A stretch of DNA of 64,000 nt from an uncultured Alphaproteobacteria bacterium (GTDB lineage Bacteria; Pseudomonadota; Alphaproteobacteria; Rhizobiales; Xanthobacteraceae). The stretch covers positions 1,081,538 through 1,145,537 of the forward strand of contig CAVZFU010000005.1 in NCBI GenBank assembly GCA_963774685.1, given 5' to 3'. Shown here piece after piece: positions 10,601 through 19,044 of the stretch. The notes below the pieces were generated by a model, which made no database searches, was not told where the DNA came from, and was given only the letters and a program-made list of their open reading frames with translations. The stretch's first letter is position 1. Each line of letters starts with the position of its first letter. A program made the position numbers and the translations under genes.

Positions 10601-10803
10601 TTGGTAACCTGCAATTCCAGTTCGGCCGGGGCGGCGCCGAATTGTGCTACCGCAACCGAAATCACGGGGATATCGGCGCTGGGAAGGCGGGTCACCGCGA
10701 GCTTGGTGAAACTCATCCAGCCCAAAACCAGCAGGATGATCGAAAAAACGATGGACGGAAGCGGGTTTCGAATCGACCACGCCGAGATATTCAGAGCCAT
10801 CAA
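7657..10803 (-). CDS. RND efflux permease (AcrB/D/F family)
   Basis: 1048 aa; proton-relay motifs GILVDDAIVEIENI, GIVTKNAI and RARPIVMT are intact. Confidence 0.95.
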   Translation of the reverse strand: MMALNISAWSIRNPLPSIVFSIILLVLGWMSFTKLAVTRLPSADIPVISVAVAQFGAAPAELELQVTKTIEDGVSGVEGVRHISSSITDGLSLTTIEFALETNTDRALNDVKDAVTSVRSNLPQNVNEPLIQRVDVIGLPIVTYAAISPGKTPEQLSYFVDDVVKRALQGVRNVAQVERIGGVEREILVSLDPDRLQAAGLTAVNVSQSLRGTNVDLAGGRAEIGKNDQAIRTLAGAKTLNDLAGTMIPLFGGGEVRLDDLGTVTDTIADRRTFARFNGEPVVALGIKRSKGASDVVVAAAIQKRIDALKDQYPDVDLKLIDTSVDFTKGNYEAAIRTLFEGAILAVIIVLLFLRDIRATAIAAISLPLSIFPAFWAMDILGFSLNLISFLAITLSTGILVDDAIVEIENIVRHMRMGKTPYRAALEAADEIGLAVIAISLTIIAIFAPASFMSGIAGQFFKQFGITVSVQVFFSLLAARFVTPMLAAYFLKHHTHEDPPPGRALQSYHRLVAWSVQHYFITVLVGFGIFAASIWSITQLPQGYLPAQDAARSLLAMELPPGSQLAFTEKVTEEIVARLRKRPEVKSVFVDGGRVPPGTLEVRRAALIINYTPKGERKITQRQLELSIAKDLENVPDIRYWFLDENGQRAISLVVTGVDSNVVGNVANELATQMKRIPLISDVISETSLDRPELRIQPRADLAARLGVSTESLSQTIRVATIGDVGPALAKFDAGDRLVPIRVQLEDSARGDLPILEQLRVPLGQRGEKGGVPLSVVADIKLDQGPTSINRYDRQRQATVAADLVGSAALGEATKRIDELPVKKSLPKGVTVAPSGDAEALKDLASGFVTAMTLGLMIVYAVLVLLFGTFLQPITILFSLPLSIGGAIGALLLTGNQLTVPVYIGMLMLMGIVTKNAIMLVEFAVEAIREGKPRTEAIIDAGMKRARPIVMTTIAMAAGMTPSALAEGAGGEFRSPMALAVIGGLIFSTVLSLVFVPAMFMMMDDVAVLFSRLGHKLVSTNTDTEQPPADHSGDPKPPPSIVHSPAAE

Positions 10804-11729
10804 CGTCCCCGCGTTCGATCGAGGTCCTCGGCGAATATGGTCTTGATCTGGTCGCCGTCATGCAGCGAACTGCCGGCGTCGGCCACGACGGTTTCGCCTA
10901 CGTCGAGACCTTCCAGGATTTCCGTCGAGGTGTCGGACACCAGTCCGACACGAACCTTTCGCGTCTCGACCGTATTCCCTTTGACCACCTGAACGGTCAG
11001 ATGGTCAATGGCGGTGCGCGGGACGGAAACGCCGTTGCAGCTTTGTTTGGCGTTGATGTTGGCGCGGGCGAACATGCCTACCTTGAGGGACGGATTGTTG
11101 GTGAGCGATATCCTGACATGGCCGAGCTGGGTCGCGCGATCGATTTGCGGCGACACCTGCCTGACGCGCCCGACGAGATCCGGCGCGTTATCCCGGCTGA
11201 TCCGTACTATCGCTCCCGGATTGAGCTTCGTCATGTGGAAGGCAGGTACTTCGGCGTCGAGTTCGATTTCGTTGTTGACGGAAATTCGAAACATCGGACC
11301 GGCCTGCGGCGAGGCCGGCGCTCCGACGATGGTATTGACCTGGATGACCAGCCCGGCGGCCGGCGCACGCAGCGAGGTCGGAGCGGATCGCGCGCCGCCG
11401 GCGGGAGCTCCGGGCTGCGCCGGCGGAGGCGTCAAGCGGGCCAGTTCCTGATTGTCGGTAACCGTGTCGCCTTCGTGGACCAGAAGATCGGAAACCTTGG
11501 ATCCCTCCTGGTCGACCCCGACAACCGCTTCCCGGCGGGGCACGACAAATCCGGTGGCCCGCACCAGGTCGGAGAAACAGGCATTGGTGGATTTGGTCAC
11601 GACAACCAGGGCTTTGCCCGGCGCTTCCTTGTCTTCGACAGGGGGACGATGCTCGAACCAGTACCATGCGCCACCCAGGGCAATCACGGCAACCGCGGCT
11701 ATCGCGGGTTTGAAGTATGCGGAGAGCAT
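10800..11729 (-). CDS. RND periplasmic adaptor, hairpin-less
   Basis: N-terminal TM; lipoyl halves VHEGDTVTDNQELARL and LRAPAAGLV joined by a ~20 aa Pro/Gly/Ala linker; beta-barrel and membrane-proximal domains (GLDVGETVV). Overlaps the permease start. Confidence 0.88.
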   Translation of the reverse strand: MLSAYFKPAIAAVAVIALGGAWYWFEHRPPVEDKEAPGKALVVVTKSTNACFSDLVRATGFVVPRREAVVGVDQEGSKVSDLLVHEGDTVTDNQELARLTPPPAQPGAPAGGARSAPTSLRAPAAGLVIQVNTIVGAPASPQAGPMFRISVNNEIELDAEVPAFHMTKLNPGAIVRISRDNAPDLVGRVRQVSPQIDRATQLGHVRISLTNNPSLKVGMFARANINAKQSCNGVSVPRTAIDHLTVQVVKGNTVETRKVRVGLVSDTSTEILEGLDVGETVVADAGSSLHDGDQIKTIFAEDLDRTRGR

Positions 11730-11776
11730 CATCGCCGGATCAATCCAGGCCCTGTGTCGGGAGGAGCGTTTTGGAT

Positions 11777-11818
11777 CGTCATTCCGGAGCGAAGCGAAGC
11801 ATCGAATCCCGGATCTCG
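11777..11818. repeat. Partial REP-like element
   Basis: CGTCATTCCGGAGCGAAGCGAAGC...; shares GAGCGAAGCGAAGC with 16716-16746. Confidence 0.45.
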
Positions 11819-11938
11819 AACCACCGTGTCCGTGCCAGCGCACCATCCCTGAATGGCAAAGAATGCGTCCCGCAAGGCTGCGGGACGCATAACGGTTGCA
11901 GAACTTTACTCAGTGCCAGCGCCTGTCGACGGGTCCGT

Positions 11939-12598
11939 TCACTTGTTGGACGCGGTGGTCTTGTTCTCCATATTCACGACCTGCACGCGACGGTTCGCCT
12001 CAGCCAGCGGGTCGCTCTGGTTCTTGAGCTTGGTCTTGCCATAGCCGACCGTCACGAGATCGGGGGCGGCGATACCGAACTTGCTCATCAGGTAACGCTT
12101 GATCGAGTCCGCGCGCCGCTCGGACAGGTCCTGGTTGAAGGAGTCACCGCCGGCGGCGTCGGTATGGCCCGCGACGAGGAAGGTCGACCCCTTCAGGTCG
12201 GGATTGGTAAGCGCTCTTCCGAGAGCCTGAACCGCCGGCAATGATTTGGCGCTGATATCGGCTGAATTGTAGTCGAAAGTGATTTCCAGATCGATATTCG
12301 GCTTGTCCTTGACCATGGTGGCGATTTCTTCGCGCTCGACGTTCGAGAGCGAGCGGGTCGACCGGTTGCGAATGGTGCTGACAAAACGCCCTTCGCGGGC
12401 GACGGCCTCCGGATCGACCTGTGGGCCCACCGACAAGCCTCTGGTCAAGACCGGCTTGACCGGAACCAGCGCCTTGACGATTTGATCCTCAGTGACATCG
12501 CCGGCGACGGCTCTTCCCACGCCAAAGGAAAGTGTCACGGCAATCGTCGCGATCGAAAGGATCGCGGTGAGATTTTTCCTTCCAGACATCTTCAACAT
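11939..12598 (-). CDS. OmpA/MotB C-terminal-like peptidoglycan-binding protein
   Basis: Signal peptide; ITFDYNSADI, VAGHTDAAGGDSFNQDLSERRADSIK, NRRVQV. No beta-barrel. Confidence 0.9.
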   Translation of the reverse strand: MLKMSGRKNLTAILSIATIAVTLSFGVGRAVAGDVTEDQIVKALVPVKPVLTRGLSVGPQVDPEAVAREGRFVSTIRNRSTRSLSNVEREEIATMVKDKPNIDLEITFDYNSADISAKSLPAVQALGRALTNPDLKGSTFLVAGHTDAAGGDSFNQDLSERRADSIKRYLMSKFGIAAPDLVTVGYGKTKLKNQSDPLAEANRRVQVVNMENKTTASNK

Positions 12599-12766
12599 TT
12601 CCCAGTCCTCCTGCGCTGCCCGCGCGGTTCAAATCGATTTGCAAACAAGCTGCCGGACAATAATTCATCGCGGCCGGTTCTTCCGAATTTTGACTGCTTC
12701 GTCCTTTGTCTCCGGTGCAGGCCCTCAGGTTCGAGGAAACACCGTTCCTCCCACTCAAATTACCCG

Positions 12767-14284
12767 TCAATTTACCCCATAACTCGCGAATTCCTTAGCA
12801 ATATTTGGGTCCATGGCCTTGGCGTTGTTTATATCCAGGTTGCCCTCCTCCGTCGCGCCATTGCGTTGCTTGGCGAGGCCGCGCCCGTACAGGGACGAAG
12901 TCAGCCTCGGATTGATCTTCAGGGCGGCGTCGAAATCGGCAATCGCATTCTTGGTCTGCCCGCTCTTCAGGTTCACGAGGCCACGGCTGTCGAGGGCGTC
13001 GACAAAGTTCGGGCGCAACCGAAGCGCCTCGTTGCAATCCTTCAAGGCGGCCTGCAGGTCGCCGATCACCGTGCGCGCCCAGCACCGGTTGTTGTAGGCC
13101 TCGACGTCCTTGGGATTGAGCCGCAGCGAGTCGTCGAAGTCCCTGATTGCAAGGCTATAAGCTCCCTTGCTGGCGTAGACCTGTCCGCGCCGGTAAAGCG
13201 AGGCCGAGTCGTCCGGGTTTTCGATCAGCTTGGCCGTCAGGCTTTTGATGGTCGGGTCATCTGCGAATGTGTCGTTTTTGGCTACCGATGTAATCGGGGG
13301 AGTGACCGGAGCAGCGACTGGCGGAGCCACCGGAGCAGCGACCGGGGGAGTAACCGGTGGGGCGACTGGGGGAGCAACGGGTGGCGCGACTGGCGGGGCA
13401 ATCGGCGGTGCGACCGAAACCTCCGGCGATTTTGGAGGCAAAGGCGGCAGCGGTGGCGGCTGTGGCGGCAGCGGCGGGGGTTCGTGAGCGGGGACCGATG
13501 CTACCGGACCGGGCGGCCGCGGGCTCGAACCCGGCGTACCCGGGATAAACGAAAAATCCTCAGCCAGAGAGGACGAAATCCATGGCACCTGTTCGAGGCG
13601 GGATGCGCGGGTGACGCCGACGCGGGTTCGATTGAGCGTCTCTTCAGCCATCAGGTCGGGAACGCGAATTTCCTTGAGCAGCTCTTGTACGAACAGGCTG
13701 CGGTCGCCGCCATCATCTGAGACGACCGAACTAAGCGCCGCCGAGTACATCACCAGCGTTCCGTTCGGCGCGATCACCGGTGCGAGACCGGCCGAAAAAC
13801 TCCGGAATCGGCGCTCAAAGGGATTGCGCCTGCTGGCGTCGATCAGTGCGATTTTGACGCCGGCGCCGCGGCTGTTGATTTCGCTCAGCACCGTTTCGAG
13901 GCTGAAACCATCGCGGCGCACGTCAGGCTCGGTCCAGATCTGCGCATCGACCGGGATCATGTAGCTCTGGCGGGCTGACTGTACGCCGAATCCGCTGAAG
14001 AAAATCAGCGCAATAGAGCCGGGCTTGATGCGAGCGTAGAGGCGATCGAAGGCGCGGCGCATGTTTTCGCCGGTCAGGTTTTCGCCGATTTCGACGCTAA
14101 ACCCGTCGCGCTTGAGCTCGTCGGCGACGTCACGGGCGTCGTTTATCGGTTCCTTGAGCGGCGCATCGGCGTCGGGATATTTGGCGTTGCCGATGACCAG
14201 AGCGAACCGGTCGGCCGCAGCCGACGGGGCGGCTGGCGCGATCGAAAAAATCAAGATCAGAAGCAGTGCAAGGCGCGTTCTCAT
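12767..14284 (-). CDS. Secreted caspase-like (peptidase C14) domain + Pro-rich linker + TPR repeats; catalytic dyad substituted
   Basis: RFALVIGNAKY...PINDA; FFSGFG replaces the usual AGHG and DASR replaces DACR; C-terminal TPRs (AYNNRCWAR, ALDSRGLVNL). Confidence 0.9.
   Translation of the reverse strand: MRTRLALLLILIFSIAPAAPSAAADRFALVIGNAKYPDADAPLKEPINDARDVADELKRDGFSVEIGENLTGENMRRAFDRLYARIKPGSIALIFFSGFGVQSARQSYMIPVDAQIWTEPDVRRDGFSLETVLSEINSRGAGVKIALIDASRRNPFERRFRSFSAGLAPVIAPNGTLVMYSAALSSVVSDDGGDRSLFVQELLKEIRVPDLMAEETLNRTRVGVTRASRLEQVPWISSSLAEDFSFIPGTPGSSPRPPGPVASVPAHEPPPLPPQPPPLPPLPPKSPEVSVAPPIAPPVAPPVAPPVAPPVTPPVAAPVAPPVAAPVTPPITSVAKNDTFADDPTIKSLTAKLIENPDDSASLYRRGQVYASKGAYSLAIRDFDDSLRLNPKDVEAYNNRCWARTVIGDLQAALKDCNEALRLRPNFVDALDSRGLVNLKSGQTKNAIADFDAALKINPRLTSSLYGRGLAKQRNGATEEGNLDINNAKAMDPNIAKEFASYGVN
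13290..13414 (-). repeat. Degenerate 12-nt tandem repeat encoding about ten PPVA-like units
   Basis: Protein VAPPIAPPVAPPVAPPVAPPVTPPVAAPVAPPVAAPVTPPIT. Confidence 0.9.
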
Positions 14285-14507
14285 ACGACGGCAGTCCAGC
14301 CCACAACAGGCGCCGATCCGAGCTTGCGCCGCGGCGACCTTACTCTACGGAAACTCCATTATCAAACCGGCTGATCGAGGCCTGTCAACTGGCACAAAGC
14401 CGCTGATAACAGTGACAATTAACCGCGACGGCGCATCGCAGAACCTTACTCGAAATCGGTCAACGGGACAGCCGCGGAGCGACGCATTTCGCACCGCAAT
14501 GACATAA

Positions 14508-14523
14508 TGTGATGAATATCACA
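14508..14523. promoter_or_regulatory. Perfect CRP-type box
   Basis: TGTGA-TGAATA-TCACA within ATGTGATGAATATCACAT, between the divergent caspase-like and lactonase-like genes. Confidence 0.65.
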
Positions 14524-14647
14524 TAGCGGCATAACAGTATCCGCGCGGGTTTGACCTTTGTCGATGACGGTGGCTTGGTGCGACGATCGGTCATAGGCCC
14601 CGAAAATTGGTGCCCGAGAAGCTGGCACCCAAGAAAAAGTGAAACCG

Positions 14648-15454
14648 ATGGGAAACGTCTACGAAATTTACGCGCTCCGCTACGCAACCATGTCGCCGCG
14701 CACGCCCCAGATGAATTATCTCACGCCGGATCCTCACGAAACCACGGCCTCTGATCTCGATTACTTCGTGTGGCTGATCCGGGGCGGCGGCCGCGATATC
14801 CTGGTCGACACCGGCTTCAATGCCGCCGAGGCGCAGGCGCGAAACCGCAAGCTGACGCTCAATCCGGTCGATGCGCTGGCGCGCTTCGATGTCCGCGCCG
14901 ACGACATCAGGGACGTGGTCGTCACCCATCTGCATTACGACCATGCCGGTAATCTCGATCGTTTTCCCAAGGCGCGATTCCATCTGCAGGATCGAGAGAT
15001 GAGTTTCGCCACCGGACGCTGCATGTGCTTCGGGACTTTGCGTCATCCGTTCTCGGTCGAACATGTCACGCTGATGGTCCGCCACGTCTATGGCGAACGC
15101 GTCACCTTTCATTCCGGTGACGGCGAGGTTGCGCCGGGCGTGACGGTGCATCGGGTCGGCGGCCATTCCGATGGCTTGCAGGTGGTGCGGGTCGAAACCG
15201 CGCGCGGAGCGGTGGTACTGGCGTCGGATGCGGCGCATTACTACGGCAATCTGCATCGCCGCAGTCCGTTTCCGATCGTCTATAACGTCGGCGATATGTG
15301 CGTAGGCTGGGAAATTGTCGAGCGTCTGGCCGGCCATCCCGACCGCGTCATTCCCGGGCACGATCCGCTGGTTGCCGAGATCTATCCGCGCGCCAGCGAC
15401 AAGGTCGATGCCTATTCGTTGCATCTGCAGCCTTCTCGCTCCTTCGTCAAATAG
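14648..15454 (+). CDS. N-acyl homoserine lactonase-like MBL-fold hydrolase
   Basis: LVDTG, THLHYDHAGN (HxHxDH), GGHSDG, LASDA, PGHDP. Confidence 0.85.
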   Translation: MGNVYEIYALRYATMSPRTPQMNYLTPDPHETTASDLDYFVWLIRGGGRDILVDTGFNAAEAQARNRKLTLNPVDALARFDVRADDIRDVVVTHLHYDHAGNLDRFPKARFHLQDREMSFATGRCMCFGTLRHPFSVEHVTLMVRHVYGERVTFHSGDGEVAPGVTVHRVGGHSDGLQVVRVETARGAVVLASDAAHYYGNLHRRSPFPIVYNVGDMCVGWEIVERLAGHPDRVIPGHDPLVAEIYPRASDKVDAYSLHLQPSRSFVK

Positions 15455-15471
15455 CTCGTGGCGAAGCGAAA

Positions 15472-16365
15472 ATGACGTCACCAACCAGCACCATCGGCTT
15501 TGTCGGTCTCGGCGTGATGGGTGAGCCGATCTGCCGGAATCTCGTGAAGAAGAGCGGCGCAGCCGTGATCGCCTTCGATCTGTCGCAGGAAGCACTATCG
15601 CGGCTGCGCGCGGAGGGCGCGGCGATTGCCGGTTCGGTTGCCGAAATCGTCGGCAAAAGCGAAATCCTGTTCCTGTGCCTTCCCAGCGCCAAACATGTGC
15701 GCAGCGTGTTTGAAGGCGACGGCATCCTGAAAAATATCCGAAAGCGCCAGGTCGTGGTCGATCTCGGAACTTCATCGGTGAAACTCACCCGCGATTTCGC
15801 CGGGCAGTTAAAGTCCAAGGGCGCATGCTGGGCGGATGCGCCGATCGCGCGTACCCGTCAGGCGGCGCAGGATGGCACGCTCAGCGTCATGGTCGGCGCC
15901 ACGCCGGAATTATTCGCCCGGATCGAACCCTTGATCCGCTGCTTTGCCACCGACGTCACCCACTGTGGCGGCATTGGAGCCGGACAAGTAACAAAGATCC
16001 TCAACAACATGGTGCTGTTCGAAACCGTCAACGCGCTGGCCGAGGCGGTTGCGGTGGCCAAACGCAATGGCGTCGATCCGGCATTGCTGCTGGACACCTT
16101 GTCGAAGGGCTCGGCCGACAGCTTTGCGCTGCGTAATCATGGCATGAAGGCCATCGTTCCCGGTAACTTTCCCGAGCGCGCGTTCTCGGCCGAGTACGCG
16201 CTAAAGGACTTGTCCTATGCGCTGGAACTGGCCGGCGATGCCGGCATCAAAATCCGCGGCGCCGAATTGATCGGCAAGGTTTTACAGGAGGCGATCGATG
16301 CCGGTTCGGGGGATGCGTATTTTCCGGTGATCGCCAAGCACATCGGTGGAGGGAGCAAGCCATGA
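15472..16365 (+). CDS. NAD(P)-dependent oxidoreductase, 3-hydroxyisobutyrate dehydrogenase family
   Basis: IGFVGLGVMG, DAPIAR, GAGQVTKILNN. Confidence 0.88.
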   Translation: MTSPTSTIGFVGLGVMGEPICRNLVKKSGAAVIAFDLSQEALSRLRAEGAAIAGSVAEIVGKSEILFLCLPSAKHVRSVFEGDGILKNIRKRQVVVDLGTSSVKLTRDFAGQLKSKGACWADAPIARTRQAAQDGTLSVMVGATPELFARIEPLIRCFATDVTHCGGIGAGQVTKILNNMVLFETVNALAEAVAVAKRNGVDPALLLDTLSKGSADSFALRNHGMKAIVPGNFPERAFSAEYALKDLSYALELAGDAGIKIRGAELIGKVLQEAIDAGSGDAYFPVIAKHIGGGSKP

Positions 16366-16706
16366 TCGATCGTTTTGCCGGCCTGACGCCAACCCGCAGC
16401 CGTGCCGTCACTCACGATGGCCTTGTGTTCACCGTGGCGGTCGCGCCCGATCCGGTGACGTCCTCGATGTACGAACAGACCGTCAAGGCGCTCGCCCGCA
16501 TCGACGAAAGCCTCGCATTATGCGGATCCGACAAGAGCAGGATCCTCTCGGCCATCGTCTATGTCGCCGACATCAGGCGCAAAGCCGAGATGAACCGCGC
16601 CTGGGATGAATGGGTCGATGCAAAGAATCCGCCGATGCGGGCCTGCATCGGCGTCGATCTCGAACCTCCGCATATCGTGGAGATCGTGGTGACGGCTGTG
16701 AAATAG
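16362..16706 (+). CDS. RidA/YjgF family protein
   Basis: 114 aa; EQT..ALARID..L..GSDKSRIL...MNRAWDEW...PPMRACI..VEI. Confidence 0.85.
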   Translation: MIDRFAGLTPTRSRAVTHDGLVFTVAVAPDPVTSSMYEQTVKALARIDESLALCGSDKSRILSAIVYVADIRRKAEMNRAWDEWVDAKNPPMRACIGVDLEPPHIVEIVVTAVK

Positions 16707-16715
16707 GCCTGCCCG

Positions 16716-16746
16716 TTCATTATTGCGAGCGAAGCGAAGCCAATCC
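16716..16746. repeat. Partial REP-like element
   Basis: TTATTGCGAGCGAAGCGAAGCCAATCC between convergent ridA and marR. Confidence 0.45.
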
Positions 16747-16791
16747 GTAGCAATTCATCGCGTGCAAGCGCGCATGGGGAAAGGTTCGCGC

Positions 16792-17331
16792 TCAATACGC
16801 CTCGCTGGCGCCAGCTTCCTCGCTGTTCTGCACGAGATCGAGACTGCCCTCGATTTTGCCGAGCAGCCGCGCAAACTCCTTGCGTTCCGCGGCCGAGAGG
16901 CATGACAGGATCTCCTGTTCCTTGCGCAACAGGCGCGGAATCAGTTCCTGGTACAGCGTCCTGCCCTTCCGCGTCATGCGCAAAACGAACTCACGGCGGT
17001 CGTCTTCATTCTCGATGCGCTCGACGAGTTGCCGTTTCATCAGTGCCGTGACGGCGCGGCTGATGGTGGACTTATGGGTGCGGGTGCAATGCACGATGTA
17101 TTGCGCGCTGCAGGCGTCATTACGGAAACCGAGCGTCGCCAGCACGCGCCATTCCGGGATATCCAGCCCGTAGCGCGCTTGATATTCGCCGGATAGCGCG
17201 GCGCTGACCTCGGCCGCCAGCCGGTTCAGCCGGAACGGCACAAACCTGAAGAGATCGAGTGTGGAGCCTCTTTTGGACGCGGTTTCGTCGCGCCAGCCGG
17301 TACCCGCTTCGCCTGCCAACGCTTTTGTCAA
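16792..17331 (-). CDS. MarR family regulator
   Basis: EWRVLATL...STISRAVTALMKRQLVERIENEDDRR...TRKG winged helix. Confidence 0.9.
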   Translation of the reverse strand: MTKALAGEAGTGWRDETASKRGSTLDLFRFVPFRLNRLAAEVSAALSGEYQARYGLDIPEWRVLATLGFRNDACSAQYIVHCTRTHKSTISRAVTALMKRQLVERIENEDDRREFVLRMTRKGRTLYQELIPRLLRKEQEILSCLSAAERKEFARLLGKIEGSLDLVQNSEEAGASEAY

Positions 17332-17375
17332 AAATCGCTCCGATGGGAGTTGACGCCGGAACGCCAGAGGCGTTT

Positions 17376-17399
17376 AGATAGTTGCAGCTGAGACTATCT
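17376..17399. promoter_or_regulatory. Candidate MarR operator
   Basis: AGATAGT-N10-ACTATCT inverted repeat between marR and the monooxygenase. Confidence 0.5.
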
Positions 17400-17439
17400 T
17401 AGCGTACGTGGATTTCCTTGGCCAGAGCAATGTGAGCGG

Positions 17440-19036
17440 ATGGCGCAGCAGTCCAAAATCCAGTTCGGCTATCGCCGGCATCCCGATCAGGATCGCGCCG
17501 ATGCGGCTGAGCATCCGGTGGTGGTGATCGGCGCCGGGCCGGTGGGACTGTCGCTGGCGATCGACCTGGCGCAGCGCGGCCAACCGGTCGTGCTGCTCGA
17601 CGATGCCGACCGGATCGGCGAAGGGTCGCGCGCCATCTGTTTTTCCAAGCGCTCGCTCGAGTACTGGGATCGGTTGGGCACGGGCCAGCGCATGGTCGAC
17701 AAGGGCGTGGTGTGGAGCGTCGGCAAGATCTTCCACGGCGCGTCGCAGCTTTATCAGTTCAACCTGCTGCCGGAGCAGGGACACAAGCGGCCCGCCTTCA
17801 TCAACCTGCAGCAATTCCATGCCGAAGCCTACCTGGTCGATCGCGTCCGCGAGCTTTCGGCGGTCGATCTGCGCTGGCGCAACAAGGTGATCGGGCTGGA
17901 ACAGCGCAACGACCATGTGATGCTGACCATCGAGACGCCGGATGGGCCCTATCCGATACGCGCGCAATATGTTGTCGCCTGCGATGGGGCACGATCGTCA
18001 TTGCGGCAGATGGTCGGCGCCGAATTCGAGGGGCAGGTGTTCGAGGATCAATTCCTGATCGCAGACGTCAGGATGACGGCGGAATTTCCAACCGAACGCT
18101 GGTTCTGGTTCGACCCGCCGTTTCACGCCGGCCGCTCGGCGCTGTTGCACAAGCAGCCGGACGACATCTGGCGGATCGATCTTCAACTCCATCCGGATGC
18201 CGACCCCGTCGATCGAGAAGCGGCCGGAAAAGGTGCGGCCGCGGATCGCGCGCATGCTCGGGCATGACAAGTTCGATTTCGAATGGATCTCGCTTTATAA
18301 ATTCCAGTGCCGCCGGATGGAAAAATTCATCCATGGCCGGGTGATGTTCGCCGGCGATGCCGCGCATCAGGTCTCGCCGTTCGGCGCGCGCGGCGCCAAT
18401 TCCGGGCTGGAAGACGCCGAGAACCTGGCGTGGAAACTCGATCGCGTGCTGCGCCGGAGTTCTCCGGAAGCCTTGCTCGAGACCTATCATATCGAACGCA
18501 GCGCCGCGGCCGACGAGAACATCCGGGAATCCACCCGCTCGACCGATTTCATGGCACCCAGCTCTCGCCAGGAGGCGCGGCTGCGCAAGGCGGTGCTGTC
18601 GCTGGCCAAAGAAACGGAATTCGGCAAGCGCATGATCAATGGTGGACGGCTGTCGGTTCCCTCGATCTACGACACGCCGCTTTCGACCGCGGATACCGAG
18701 GTATGGCGCGGCGGCCCGCGGCCCGGCTCCTCGATGCCGGATGCTCCGCTCGACGCGCGCCCCGGCGGCCCAGGATTCTTGACCGAAGCCTTTATCGAGG
18801 CGGGAACACGGTTCACGCTGCTGGCGTTTTCCAATGGCGCGGCGGTCGATCCGCCCGATGGCGTCGGCGCGATCCGTATCGGTGTCAACGATGGGGATCT
18901 GGTCGCCACACGCTACGATGCCGCGCCCGGCACCGCCTATCTGTTGCGGCCCGATGGCTATGTCGCCGCGCGTTTCCGGCATCCGACCCGCGCCATACTC
19001 GACGCCGCGTTGGCGCGGGCCGCCGGCATCAATTGA
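17440..19036 (+). CDS. FAD-dependent aromatic monooxygenase (MhpA/MhaA-like); apparent +1 frameshift near 18211
   Basis: GAGPVG, VACDGARS, FAGDAAHQVSPFGARGANSG, LLRPDGYV. The gene is split across ORFs 17440-18267 and 18197-19036. Confidence 0.85.
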
Positions 19037-19044
19037 GGTTTCCA

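Noticed and set aside
12767-14284. Caspase-based anti-phage defence system
   Set aside because: The protein has a signal peptide, lacks both catalytic residues, and has no gasdermin, NACHT or CHAT-type partners in the window.
14391-14406. Sigma54 promoter TGGCAC...
   Set aside because: The GC dinucleotide is one base off the strict -24/-12 spacing.
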